The position numbers and the translations under genes are program-made. Of a DNA stretch of 64,000 nt, positions 1 through 11,359 are shown piece by piece. The stretch is from Octopus sinensis (lineage: Eukaryota), in NCBI RefSeq assembly GCF_006345805.1, contig NC_042999.1, positions 74,090,001-74,154,000 on the forward strand. Direction: 5' to 3'. Position 1 is the first letter of the stretch. Every line of letters begins with the position of its first letter. The notes below the pieces were generated by a model. The model did not search any database. It worked only from the letters and a program-made list of their open reading frames with translations, and had not been told where the DNA came from.

Positions 1-894
1 AGGGGCCACATGAAGGATGTGTGCCCGCGAGAAAAAACTAAAGCACCGGAGGTTGTGATGGAGGACGCGTGTGTGGAGGAGGCGAAAGCGGAAGAAGTAC
101 GAATGGAGGAGCGGTTAAGTGAGGAAGAACGAGAGAGTGCAGAAGAGGAAAAGACGGAAGACAGGAAGAGATCAAGGTGGAATCACCACCGAAAGATCAA
201 AAAAGAAGAAAATTAAAAGCAAGATAGCAGAAGAGAGAGAAGACAAAGAACAGGAAGTAAAAGAGAAGGTGAGAGAGCGGCCAAGGACAGAGTTTGAAAA
301 AGAATGGGAGACAAGAGTGAACGAGCAATTGGAATCGTGCAGATATGGAAGAAGGCCGACAGGAAAAAACTTGAAGGCAGTTGTAATGTATATCAAGAAT
401 ACAGAAGTGGAGAAGAGACTTGTAGGTAAGAAAGGGTTGGTCAGGGTGAAGGTGAACCCAAAGCTGTATGGTGACGACGTGAAAGGCGTCATTATAGACA
501 AAGAGACATATATAAAACTAAAAAAGATGTTTAATGCCATACACATAACGCATTATGTGCGGTATGATAAATTGCCAGATGTTATAGAGCAAACGGACCT
601 GTTGGATTATATGACGGACGAGCGTCTAATGTAAAAGAATCAGAATTGTAAAATTTAAAGTTGTATTTTGAATATATGTAATGTTGACATGTAGAATTGT
701 AAAATTATTGTAACTGTAAAATTGTATGTATAATTGTATTTTAAACGGAACTGCGAGTTGGGGGTTCGTAAGCCGTTCCATCTCATTACATCTAATTCAT
801 TTTTTACTTCATATTTTATTTTTACTTTATGTACCCCATGTCCCGTCTTGTAATGTCCCCCTCTTCGTAGCCCCTTGTGGGTAATAAAGAAATG
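1..894 (+). mobile_element. ORF1-only non-LTR-type element, copy 1 (cut by window edge)
   Basis: Near-identical to 1710-2588. ORF broken by two 1-bp homopolymer deletions (~178, ~204) that may be sequencing errors; stop at 634; ends AATAAAGAAAT. Confidence 0.85.
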
Positions 895-908
895 CTTAGG
901 CTTTTAGT

Positions 909-2588
909 CTTTGAGTGAGTTATTTGGAGTTATTCGGGTGTGTTTGTTCTGGTGTGTTTGTTTCAAGTGAAGAGGTGGTGAGTTCGAATTCGTTGGAGGA
1001 CGTGGAATAATTTTTTTCCTGAAAATGCAAGAACAGACTTACGCGCGAGCGGCAAGCAGAGGCCTGGTTGCCGGTGAGCTGGAGATGGAGGAGGTGGTGG
1101 TCGAACAGAAGACTTTACAGAAGTATTTCGACAGTTTAAAGAGGGAGGGTGACTGTGTAAGAGTCACACCGTCCGAGGAGGAGGAAAGCAGTGCAGAGAA
1201 GCGTACTATAACGTACAGGACGTGGTGTGTGGAGTCGAAAAAAATTGAAGTAGCGGAAATGGAAGAAGTAGAAAGGTGTCTGAAGGAAATTGAGGGTGAA
1301 CCCACATTTTTCAAAAGAGGAAAGAAATATGCCACGGTGGTGGTATATTTTGAAACAGAAAATGAGGCAAAAAAGAACGCAACAAGACTTTTGAAATCGG
1401 ATAAGTGGACTTTGCTACCAAGTTACTGCGGAAGGAGAGCAGTGAGGATGAGAATCAATAGAATCTCACCCGAATTTAATATGGAAAGGTTGCTGGCAGC
1501 AGTGCTGTTTAACTGCAAGGATGAAGTGGAGGTACTGAAGGTGGAGAAGTCAGCGGAGGTGAAATGGTGGGGATATACGGTGCAGGTTCTCGCACACATT
1601 ACCGTGCGAGACCTGTACAACATCCCGGAGGAGCTGGTCTACCCTGACGAGACGCGGCTCCGAGTTGTGGTAGAGGGAAGACCCCCAATTTGCTACAATT
1701 GTAAATCAAGGGGCCACATGAAGGATGTGTGCCCGCGAGAAAAAACTAAAGCACCGGAGGTTGTGATGGAGGACGCGAAAGCGGAGGAAGTACGAATGGA
1801 GGAGCGGTTAAGTGAGGAAGAACGAGAGAGTGCAGAAGAGGAAAAGACGGAAGACAGGAAGAGATCAAGGGTGGAATCACCACCGAAAGATCAAAAAAAG
1901 AAGAAAATTAAAAGCAAGATAGCAGAAGAGAGAGAAGACAAAGAACAGGAAGTAAAAGAGAAGGCGAGAGAGCGGCCAAGGACAGAGTTTGAACAAGAAT
2001 GGGAGAAAAGAGTGAACGAGCAATTGGAATCGTGCAGATACGGAAGAAGGCCTACAGGAAAAAACTTGAAGGCAGTTGTAATGTATATCAAGAATACAGA
2101 AGTGGAGAAGAGACTTGTAGGTAAGAAAGGGTTGGTCAGGGTGAAGGTGAACCCAAAGCTGTATGGTGACGACGTGAAAGGCGTCATTATAGACAAAGAG
2201 ACATATAAAAAATTAAAAAAGATGTTTAATGCTATGCATATAACGCACTATGTGCGGTATGATAAATTGCCAGATGTTATAGAGCAAACGGACTTGTTGG
2301 ATTATATGACGGACGAGCGTCTAATGTAAAAGAATTAGAATTGTAAAATTTAAAGTTGTATTTTGATTATACGTAATGTTGACATGTAGAATTGTAAAAT
2401 TATTGTAACTGTAAAATTGTATGTATAATTGTATTTTAAACGGAACTGCGAGTTGGGGGTTCGTAAGCCGTTCCATCTCATTACATCTAATTCATTTTTT
2501 ACTTCATATTTTATTTTATTTTATGTACCCCATGTCCCGTCTTGTAATGTCCCCCTCTTCGTAGCCCCTTGTGGGTAATAAAGAAATG
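909..2588 (+). mobile_element. ORF1-only non-LTR-type element, copy 2 (full length, intact ORF)
   Basis: 1694-bp period; bounded by CTTAGGCTTTTAGT at 895-908 and 2589-2602; ~115-bp 5'UTR, one ORF, AT-rich 3'UTR, terminal hairpin + AATAAA. Confidence 0.85.
1025..2329 (+). CDS. L1/Tx1-type ORF1 (gag-like) protein, 434 aa: RRM-like region, CCHC zinc knuckle, E/K-rich linker, unassigned C-terminal domain
   Basis: N-terminal TYARAAS, RRM-like YATVVVYFETENEAK and VRMRINRISPEF, knuckle GRPPICYNCKSRGHMKDVCP (CX2CX4HX4C); no RT or endonuclease motifs. Confidence 0.8.
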   Translation: MQEQTYARAASRGLVAGELEMEEVVVEQKTLQKYFDSLKREGDCVRVTPSEEEESSAEKRTITYRTWCVESKKIEVAEMEEVERCLKEIEGEPTFFKRGKKYATVVVYFETENEAKKNATRLLKSDKWTLLPSYCGRRAVRMRINRISPEFNMERLLAAVLFNCKDEVEVLKVEKSAEVKWWGYTVQVLAHITVRDLYNIPEELVYPDETRLRVVVEGRPPICYNCKSRGHMKDVCPREKTKAPEVVMEDAKAEEVRMEERLSEEERESAEEEKTEDRKRSRVESPPKDQKKKKIKSKIAEEREDKEQEVKEKARERPRTEFEQEWEKRVNEQLESCRYGRRPTGKNLKAVVMYIKNTEVEKRLVGKKGLVRVKVNPKLYGDDVKGVIIDKETYKKLKKMFNAMHITHYVRYDKLPDVIEQTDLLDYMTDERLM

Positions 2589-2602
2589 CTTAGGCTTTTA
2601 GT

Positions 2603-4285
2603 CTTTGAGTGAGTTATTTGGAGTTATTCAGGTGTGATTATTCTGGTGTGTTTATTTCAAGTGAAGAGGTGGTGAGTTCGAATTCGTTGGGTGACGTGGA
2701 ATAATTTTTTTCCTGAAAATGCAAGAACAGACTTACGCGCGAGCGGCAAGCAGAGGCCTGGTTGCCGGTGAGCTGGAGATGGAGGAGGTGGTGGTCGAAC
2801 AGAAGACCCTACAGAAGTATTTCGACAGTTTAAAGAGGGAGGGTGACTGCGTAAGAGTCACACCGTCCGAGGAGGAGGAAAGCAGTGCAGAGAAGCGTAC
2901 TATAACGTACAGGACGTGGTGTGTGGAGTCGAAAAAAATTGAAGTAGCGGAAATGGAAGAAGTAGAAAGGTGTCTGAAGGAAATTGAGGGTGAACCCACA
3001 TTTTTCAAAAGAGGAAAGAAGTATGCCACGGTAGTGGTATATTTTGAAACAGAAAATGAGGCAAAAAAGAACGCAACAAGACTTTTGAAATCGGATAAGT
3101 GGACTTTGCTACCAAGTTACTGCGGAAGGAGTGCAGTGAGGATGAGAATCAATAGAATATCACCCGAATTTAATATGGAAAGGTTGCTGGCAGCAGTGCT
3201 GTTTAACTGCAAGGATGATGTAGAAGTACTGAAGGTGGAGAAGTCAGCGGAGGTGAAATGGTGGGTATATACGGTGCAGGTTCTCGCACACATTACCGTG
3301 CGAGACCTGTACAACATCCCGGAGGAGCTGGTCTACCCTGACGAGACGCGGCTCCGAGTTGTGGTAGAGGGAAGACCCCCAATTTGCTACAATTGTAAAT
3401 CAAGGGGCCACATGAAGGATGTGTGCCCGCGAGAAAAAACTAAAGCACCGGAGGTTGTGGAGGAGGCGAAAGCGGAGGAAGTACGAATGGAGGAGCGGTT
3501 AAGTGAGGAAGAACGAGAGAGTGCAGAAGAGGAAAAGACGGAAGACAGGAAGAGATCAAGGGTGGAATCACCACCGAAAGATCAAAAAAATTAAAAAATT
3601 AAAAGCAAGATAGCAGAAGAGAGAGAAGACAAAGAACAGGAAGTAAAAGAGAAGGCGAGAGAGCGGCCAAGGACAGAGTTTGAACAAGAATGGGAGACAA
3701 GAGTGAACGAGCAACTGGAATCGTGCAAATATGGAAGAAGGCCTACAGGAAAAAACTTGAAGGCAGTTGTAATGTATATCAAGAATACAGAAGTGGAGAA
3801 GAGACTTGTAGGTAAGAAAGGGTTGGTCAGGGTGAAGGTGAACCCAAAACTGTATGGTGACGACGTGAAAGGCGTCATTATAGACAAAGAGACATATATA
3901 AAATTAAAAAAGATGTTTAATGCTATGCATATAACGCATTATGTGCGGTACGATAAATTGCCAGATGTTATAGACCAAATGGACCTATTGGATTATATGA
4001 CGGACGAGCGTCTAATGTAGAATTGTTAATTGTAAAATTGTATAATGTTAACATGTAAAATTGTAAAATTGAACTGAAATATATGTAACTGTGAAATTGT
4101 ATTGGAATATATGAAATGTAAAATTGTATTTTAAACGGAACTGCGAGTTGGGGGTTCGTAAGCCGTTCCATCTCATTACATATAATTCATTTTTTACTTC
4201 ATATTTTATTTTTATTTTATGTACCCCATGTCCCGTCTTGTAATGTCCCCCTCTTCGTGGCCCCTTGTGGGTAATAAAGAAACAT
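2603..4285 (+). mobile_element. ORF1-only non-LTR-type element, copy 3 (ORF 2719-4020 disrupted at ~3590)
   Basis: Same ORF with frameshift/stop in an A-run; 3'UTR 4020-4125 differs from copies 1-2; followed by CTTAGGCTTTTAGT at 4286-4299. Confidence 0.85.
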
Positions 4286-5099
4286 CTTAGGCTTTTAGTT
4301 CTTTTAAGAGCTAAGTCTCTGACCACACAGAGCATACTCGACCAAGTTCCAGTTCGAAAGGCAGGCGACCACCATTAATACAAGATGTTACAGATACCTC
4401 TTATACTGTTAGTGTGAAATATCACCATGAAGAACGGTTACAGGATATCTATAACTAGAGAAAAATAACCAAGCAGAACATATGATGAAGACGCAGCGAA
4501 AACCAAGCGCCAAACATCGAAGATTTGATTTGTACACAAGACGACTACAGATTCAGCTATAGCGGTTAGGTGAAATTCTCGCCACGGAAAAAACGGCTAC
4601 AGTAACATATCTGGAAGTATGTTCATATCAAGAGAAAGGTAAACACAACGAGTGATTCAATTAACCTCAACTGCGATACGCAATATCTTGATATGGAACT
4701 CTTACGCTGTACCTCATAAACGGTAAATCAATTATCTGTTCTTGGGTTCTAGTTTCTTCTAAGAACTACCTTAAGCCATCTGTTATTACCTGTTGCCAGG
4801 CCGATACCAACAACATGAACTGTGAATCAAATTCCATCGTCATTTCACTGGTCAGTACCTTTTTACGCCTAACGAACACACAGACACAAAAACATGCTAA
4901 CACTTACAAACTTCCAACATCAAGCATGATTGTAAAATATGTAAAATAAATAATGTATATATCTTAAAAAGAAATCTTGTCATTCCAAACTTATGTGTAT
5001 TGCCGCTGCATGTATTATATAGTCAGTAACCAAATTATTAAGAATGGGATCGCGTGCGATGGTATATTCTATACGATGCGACCGCATGTGATCCTATTT

Positions 5100-6745
5100 T
5101 TATAGAAGCATGAAAAGACGTTTGAGGTCGTTGTTGGCAGAGTGAGTGTAACAGCTGCGTCAGGCAGTGGAATAAGACTTTAAGAGAAAGCCTTCTTTAC
5201 TCTGTCAATAGTTACAGTCTCTTTCCAACCGTTAATGTCCACGGGGAAAAGTTTTGGTGTGTGTGAAAGCACACGGAAAGGGCCTGAGTAGGGTTGTGTG
5301 AGGGGACCTCTCAGGACAACATTCCGCAATAAAATATGTGTCCATGTAGAGGATGTTCCTCTCAGCGGACGGAAGTGGCAGATACTCAAACTTGCAGTAT
5401 GAAAACTGAGCAGAAGAACTGTCGAGTGAATCCAATGAAGGCTGGTCTGAAGCAATAGCGACAAGATCAATCGTAGCAGGAGACGAAAGGGAACACAGAG
5501 GAAGCCTAGACAAAGCATCAGCAAGTATATTGGCAGATCCAGTAATATAGCGTATGTCCGACTTGGATTGTAGCGTGAATGTGAGCAGTTTATGGTCCGT
5601 GAATATCATGAACACCTGACCTTCAAGGAGGTGGTGGAAGTGTCTCGCAGCAAGATAAATAGCTCTCTATCGAAAGTGCTATACCGTTGTTCGGTTGGTT
5701 TCAGTTGGTGTGTGAAAAACGCTAGTAGTTGAGTCTGGTGGTTGAACGTTTGTTGCTATACAGCACCAATACCAAAATTTGATGCATTAAGATTAAGGAC
5801 AGTTCTGCGTTCGCTATAGGATGAGCGAGAAAGGAAACTTGAGCAAGATGAAATTTGATGGATTCGAAAGACTGCAAAGCGTTGGAAGAAAAAGAAATAG
5901 GAGAATCTTACTTTTTTTTGTCCTTCAAAAGCTAAGTCAAGAAAAACAACTTGCCGCACAGTGAAGAATGAAGTGACGATAGAAGTTGATTAACCCTGGG
6001 AAATGACACAACTGTTTCAATGAGGTGGGAAGTGAAAGTTGCTGAATCGCTTCCACCTTCGCCGGCAGAGGCCGAAAGCTTTCAGAGTCTATAAGATGTC
6101 CCAGGAACTCCAACGAAGTTGTACCAAACACACACTTTGCAGGGTTAATCTTGCCATTGTACGACTGGAGACGCTGGAACAGCTGAGACAGGTGTTGATG
6201 TTATTCAGCTGTGTTACTGGCTATGATGAGGCTTTTATACTGTTGTAGGAAGCATCTGGTGGTGTGTCTATGATTAGGTCTCTGACGGTGAGCGTTAACG
6301 GCGAAGGAATCTCACTCAATACGATGTGCTATCTCTGTTGAGCCGACTGAATGTTATTCGATACAAAATATGATTCCAGCTGGGCAAACCACATCTTAGG
6401 ATAGCCATGATAGTAGAGAAGAATGATGAGACTCATCTTCGGTGGGAAAAATCTAACACACGTCTTGAAGAAGGAAAAACGAGCTGGACGTGACCAAAAC
6501 CCAGAAAAACACGCCGAAGAAAATTTAACATGTAGTAGCGAGCAAACAGGATAATGTCCTCCAACGAGGAAAAATGTCAGGAGTCAAGGACAAGGGTAAA
6601 TGAAAATGCAAAGTCGTACCTGACAAAGGAAAAATTTGTCAGGCAATTAAATATGGAGTTCGCAACATAAAAGGTTTACGTGCGTGGAACACACAGACAC
6701 AAGTGTTTAGCAGCTATCGACACACAACACAGCTCGGGGTCACCA
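5100..6745 (-). mobile_element. Internally deleted, decayed Ty3/gypsy retrotransposon (gag, RT end, RNase H, integrase tail)
   Basis: Minus-strand gag motif PKMWFAQLESYF (~6400), RT AKCVFGTTSLEFLGH, RNase H ASNFGIGAV / FTDHKLL / NILADALSR, integrase tail QPYSGPFRV...VTIDRVKKAF; tRNA-Trp PBS TGGTGACCCCGA at 6745-6734. Confidence 0.9.
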
Positions 6746-7157
6746 TTAGGAGAAAATTGCACATAGAGAAAAATGGTCGTGACAGCTATCATTGGTGGGT
6801 CAAAGAAACATTCCATAGAGAAATTCCACGTGTTGGGCAGTTTCAAAGTGGGATCGACTCAGGTTATGCATTTCTTGTCGTAAAACAGCTTTGTGCCATT
6901 TCTGTTTCAGGAGGAACCTTTCCCTCCCAAAATGGCATAGAAATTTTCTCATAACCAAGAGGTATGTCCTTTTTTTTTGACCGGATTCACTAGTTTAGTG
7001 AGTTGGCCACAGGTGTAGGAGAACTTGACAGCTGAAAAAAATTCATAGCTTGTCACACGTGATAGAGCTGATAATGTAGAAGCAATCATGAAGTTGAACG
7101 TCGTGAATCATATAGCAGGCAATGGCTGTTGAAGCGAAAGCTATAGATCTTTTTTCA

Positions 7158-7399
7158 CGGGGTCACCACTTTAGCGAGGGATATCGCTAATGAAAATGTC
7201 AACACTTTAATAAATTGGACTGAGTCATTAATCTAACGGCTGTGAAAAGCCTCTGATGCAGAGACAATAACACTTGTGTCCATGCGTGAACAACTTCGTG
7301 TCCAAGGTTTTATTCAGATGCGTAACAAACGAACTCATACAGTGAGTACACAATATTTAATAAAGTTGTCTGGAATGAAGTTCTGAACATCTTGCCACA
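7158..7399 (-). mobile_element. Probable LTR (7170-7399) with adjacent tRNA-Trp PBS (7158-7168)
   Basis: Minus strand TGTGGCAAG...CTCGCTAAA degenerate inverted termini, internal AATAAA, followed by TGGTGACCCCG. Partner LTR not found. Confidence 0.45.
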
Positions 7400-7949
7400 T
7401 TCCATGATGACAATGAGAAAATAGAAGTAATTCAAGCTACAAAATTTACTTCTCTACAGGCACTATATGTAGAATACCATAGCGCATTGCTGATAGGAAA
7501 TGAAAATCGAATCCATGTGCTTGACTCTCCCACCGAAGTTGACCTTGTGTCATAGAGAAAAAGAGAGCAAGTTCAATCGGAATATGCTTCTTACGCCCTC
7601 CTGTGTGTCGTTTAGCAGTTATGCCTTGTAAGCTAGCGAAGGGGGAGCTGACCAAGTTCGCTTCTTATGTTTTAGAATATTCGATAAGGGAGATAACTGT
7701 TGTTGATTCCCAACGGATATTTTGCGAGCTAGGAAGCTGTTTCAAATAGCGTTGCCTACAGATCTAAACCACTCTATTTCCAACGCTGTGACCAAGAAAA
7801 CCATTTGTTATGAGATCCATACACCTGGATTCCGTGGGTGGGTTGCATTTGCTGAAACTCTCCTATACCCAATCAACATTGATAAACAGATAAAAAACGA
7901 AGTCAATAGTTCAGTGGACCAATATCATTACACATGAATCATCTTTCAT

Positions 7950-8548
7950 CATTTTTCCCACTTTGGGGGTGAGTTTATTTTCAGATAGAGTTCAAATAAA
8001 CCCTCAACCCTGACAGGCTCCTGCTGTAAAGCATGAAGGTAGCTATGTGATGATTTGGGCAACCATTTGGCAGAATTCTCTTGGCACTTTAGTTGTTCTA
8101 CATGGCAGAGTTAATGCAAAAGGATTTTCTTAGTAGTTCAGCTGATTATGGCCATCCTATGGCACAAACATTACTCCCTGTTAGTAGTGCCATCTTTCTA
8201 GGTGATAATGTACAGATTCATAGAGGCTAGTGTTATTGAAAATTTGTATGAATAGCACAAAAGTGAAGTAGGCCACAATCACCAGATCTCAATATAACTG
8301 AACATTTATAGTATACTTTAGAGCAGCAAGTAAGGAGCCACTTCCCTGTATCATTGTTGGTGAAAGAGCTACAGCAAGTTTTTCTTAAAGAATGGCTCAG
8401 AATTCCCCTAGTAACCATTCAGAATCTGTACAAATCAGTTCTTTGAAGTATTAAAGCTGATATTGATACCAAAGTTGATCATACTCCATGTCATGTAATT
8501 AAAAAATTCAGTTTAACAAAATGCTTTAATTATTTTGTCCAACTTTTA
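7950..8548 (+). mobile_element. Tc1-like transposase 3' fragment
   Basis: Decayed VMIW, DNVQIH and PQSPDLNITEHL motifs. Confidence 0.75.
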
Positions 8549-8559
8549 CACACACACAC

Positions 8560-9072
8560 TCATCACCATCATCATCATTTAATGTCCCTTTTCCATGATG
8601 GCATTGGTTGGCTGGTTTGACAGGAACTGGTAAGGCCAGGGGACCCACCAGGTTCCATAGTCTATTTTGGCTTGCTTTCTACAGCTTGATGCCCTTCCTT
8701 CCTAATACCAATTACTCCATAGAGTGTACTTGGTGCTTTTTTATATGACACCATCATAGGAGAGGGGCTTTTAAAGTGGCACCAGCTAGTGCTTCTTATG
8801 TGTCATCTTGGTTTTTGGATCCCAGTTCTTTTGTGGTGGATGAGTCTTTTTGAGTACAGTAATATGCCACATATCTCATTCCTTTGTCATCTCCTTTGTA
8901 AGATTTAGTGTTTTGAGATTGTTTAGTACTTCATTTTGAGATTGTTCAGTACTTCATTTTGAGATTGTTCAGTACTTCATTCAATGTCTTCTAGGGTCTC
9001 TCTTTTACAACTTCCCTCCACTTTAAGTGATTGACATTTCTTTATGCAGTTGTCCTCATCCATACTCATCAC
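8560..9072 (-). mobile_element. RTE-type LINE 3' end / derived repeat with (GAT)n tail
   Basis: (CAT)n...TTTAATGTCC.TTTTCCATG terminus and ACAGCTGGATGCCCTTCCT-like core recur at 33247, 41908, 46600 and 60250. Confidence 0.6.
8913..8981. repeat. 23-bp tandem repeat, 3 copies
   Basis: TTGAGATTGTTCAGTACTTCATT repeated three times. Confidence 0.85.
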
Positions 9073-9083
9073 ATATATATATA

Positions 9084-10393
9084 CATGAGGTGGTACCCCA
9101 AAGTAACCGGAAACGTTCTATGTAGGTCAAGCCCATTGTAGTTCAGGCTTCCGTTACTAGAATCTGCTTGATACAACCCTCAGGCATCAGTCTGATGACT
9201 GGTATTGTCTTGTAGAGTTGTACTGTCATGTGGTGCATCTTTGTTTTGCAGTGCATCGCCCCTGTTCATCGATTTTTGCGATGGCTGAAACAAAGGAACA
9301 GCAAGCTTCCATAAAATTCTGCATTCTACTGGTGAAAACAGAAGCTTCAAACAACTTACTAGAACATTGCCATGAGTAAAACACAAGTTTGCGAGTGGTT
9401 TTCATGCTTTAGAAATGGTCATTTGTCACTTTAAGACCAATCTCGTTTAAAGCCACCACCAACCTCCCAAACAGATGAAAGCATTATGAAAATTCATGAA
9501 TTGATCTTAGAGGACCATCACTGAACAATTGATGAACTTGTTGATATGATTGGTGTGTCCTGGAGCTCCTGCCTACGAATTTTGAGTGAAGAATTGCAAA
9601 TGAAAAGATTAGGCATCAAAATTTGAGCTTCACTTGCTCATTGAAGATAAAAAACAGTAATGACTGAATGCATGTCATGAACTGTAAGAATAGATGGAAG
9701 TTGATCCAGATCTTTATTCAAAGGTCATCACTGGTAATGGAAGGTGGTGCAGTGGCTATGGCCTGGAATTGAAGCAGCAATCAAGTCAATGGAAGCAGTC
9801 AATCTCACCCCCCACCACCAAAAGTGCATCGAGTGAAATCCAGTGTCAAGGTGATGCAGATTTGTTTCATTGATGCAAAAGGAATTGTTCTCACACAGTT
9901 CATTCCTCATGGCCAAACTGTTAACCAGACATTTTACTTGGTAGTTTGGAAGCATTTGTGAGATGCAGTGAGGTGAAACCACCTCGACCAGTGTCAAAGT
10001 AGTGAGTGGTGGTTTGATCATGACGATGCACCTGTGCACATGTCCTTGAGTGTGAGATAGTTTTTGACTAAATATGGAATGATCCCACTTACCAACCCTC
10101 CCCTTTCACCCGATCTTGCTCTTTGCAACATTCATTGTTCCCCTGAATGAAAAAGTCCTTAAAGCAAAATGTTTTGCAGATGTGGAAGTGGTGAAAAAAA
10201 AAAAAACGAAGGAAGAGTTAAATTGCATCAATTCACAAGAGTTCCAGGACTGCTTCAAACAGCAGAAAACGCATATAGACTGATGCATTGCTTCAAATGG
10301 AGAATACTTGGAAGGTGATAAAAGTGTAAACATGTAAAACTAAGTGAATAAAACATTATGCAAAATTCTGGTTTCTTTTGGGTACCATCCCAT
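9084..10393 (+). mobile_element. Full-length decayed mariner transposon
   Basis: TIRs ATGAGGTGGTACCCAAAGTAACCGGAA / TTCTGGTTTCTTTTGGGTACCATCCCAT; motifs KVITG, HDDAPVH, SPDLA, CIASNGEY; many stops. Confidence 0.9.
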
Positions 10394-11359
10394 ATACATA
10401 TTTGTCTTGCAAGATTCCTGATATGAAATCATGTATTGAAACAGATATTGTTATATTTTGGGATTTTTTTCCAAATAAACACATGCGCTATATATTCACC
10501 CTTCACTTCAGATTTGTTACTGTTCTCATTTTATTGTTCCTTGTCTGAGACGTTTTCATCACATATCATGTGACCTCTTCAGTGATTCTCCATCTCATGT
10601 GTCTCCTGCTCTGTTTCATCCATTCTGTCTTTCTATGGTGTGTATCCTTATTTGCACATGTGTTTGTATCTGAATCTGTGTGTGTGTATGTGCACGCGCA
10701 TGTGCATGAGTGTGTGTGCATGTATGTGTACATATCTATGTATTTGGTGTGTGTGTATATGGGTTTGCTTATGATACTGTTGAGCTTGTTCCCTTAATTT
10801 AGTTTTTCTTTATTTATCTATTTATTTATATCTTTTTTTTTCTCCCATTCCATCTTAAATATGTGTGTTTTATTTTAGTGTACATACACAACAGAATGTA
10901 AGCATCCTGAGAGAAAAGTTGGAAAGAAAAGTATCAGATGTAGTGTGCAAGGGATGACTGTGCTGGTATGGTCATGTGTTGTGCATGGATGAGGACAGCT
11001 GTGTGAAGAAGTGTCACATTCTAACAGTGGAGGAAACCTGTGGAAGAGATGGACCCAGGAAGACAAGGGAGGAGGTGGTGAACCATGACCATCGAACTTG
11101 GGCCTCACAGAGGCAATGTCAAGTGACCGAGACCTTTAGAGATATGCAAGCTAAGTGAGATCATAGACGTAGCTGATGCCAGTGTCACATAACCAGCCTG
11201 TTTAAAAGTACCCTTCAGTTTTTGGGCAATATGCTGTGCTTGAGAAGACCTGTTGAGTCAAGTGAATTTGTAGTTGTGGCCGATACCAGTGCTACCTGAC
11301 TGGCACCCATGCCTGTGGTACATGAAAAGCACCATTTGAGCATGACTGATGTCAATGCT

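Noticed and set aside
895-908. Spacer CTTAGGCTTTTAGT as a telomere repeat or U2 snRNA target (Keno-like)
   Set aside because: Only one TTAGG, and the resemblance to the U2 5' end (CTCGGCCTTTTGG) is too loose; flank is not U2.
172-3887. Antisense ORFs in the tandem units
   Set aside because: Shadows of purine-rich coding sequence; S/F/L-rich with no motifs.
4789-4867. Possible minus-strand exon RKKVLTSEMTMEFDSQFMLLVSAWQQ
   Set aside because: Plausible splice sites but wrong phase and no protease similarity.
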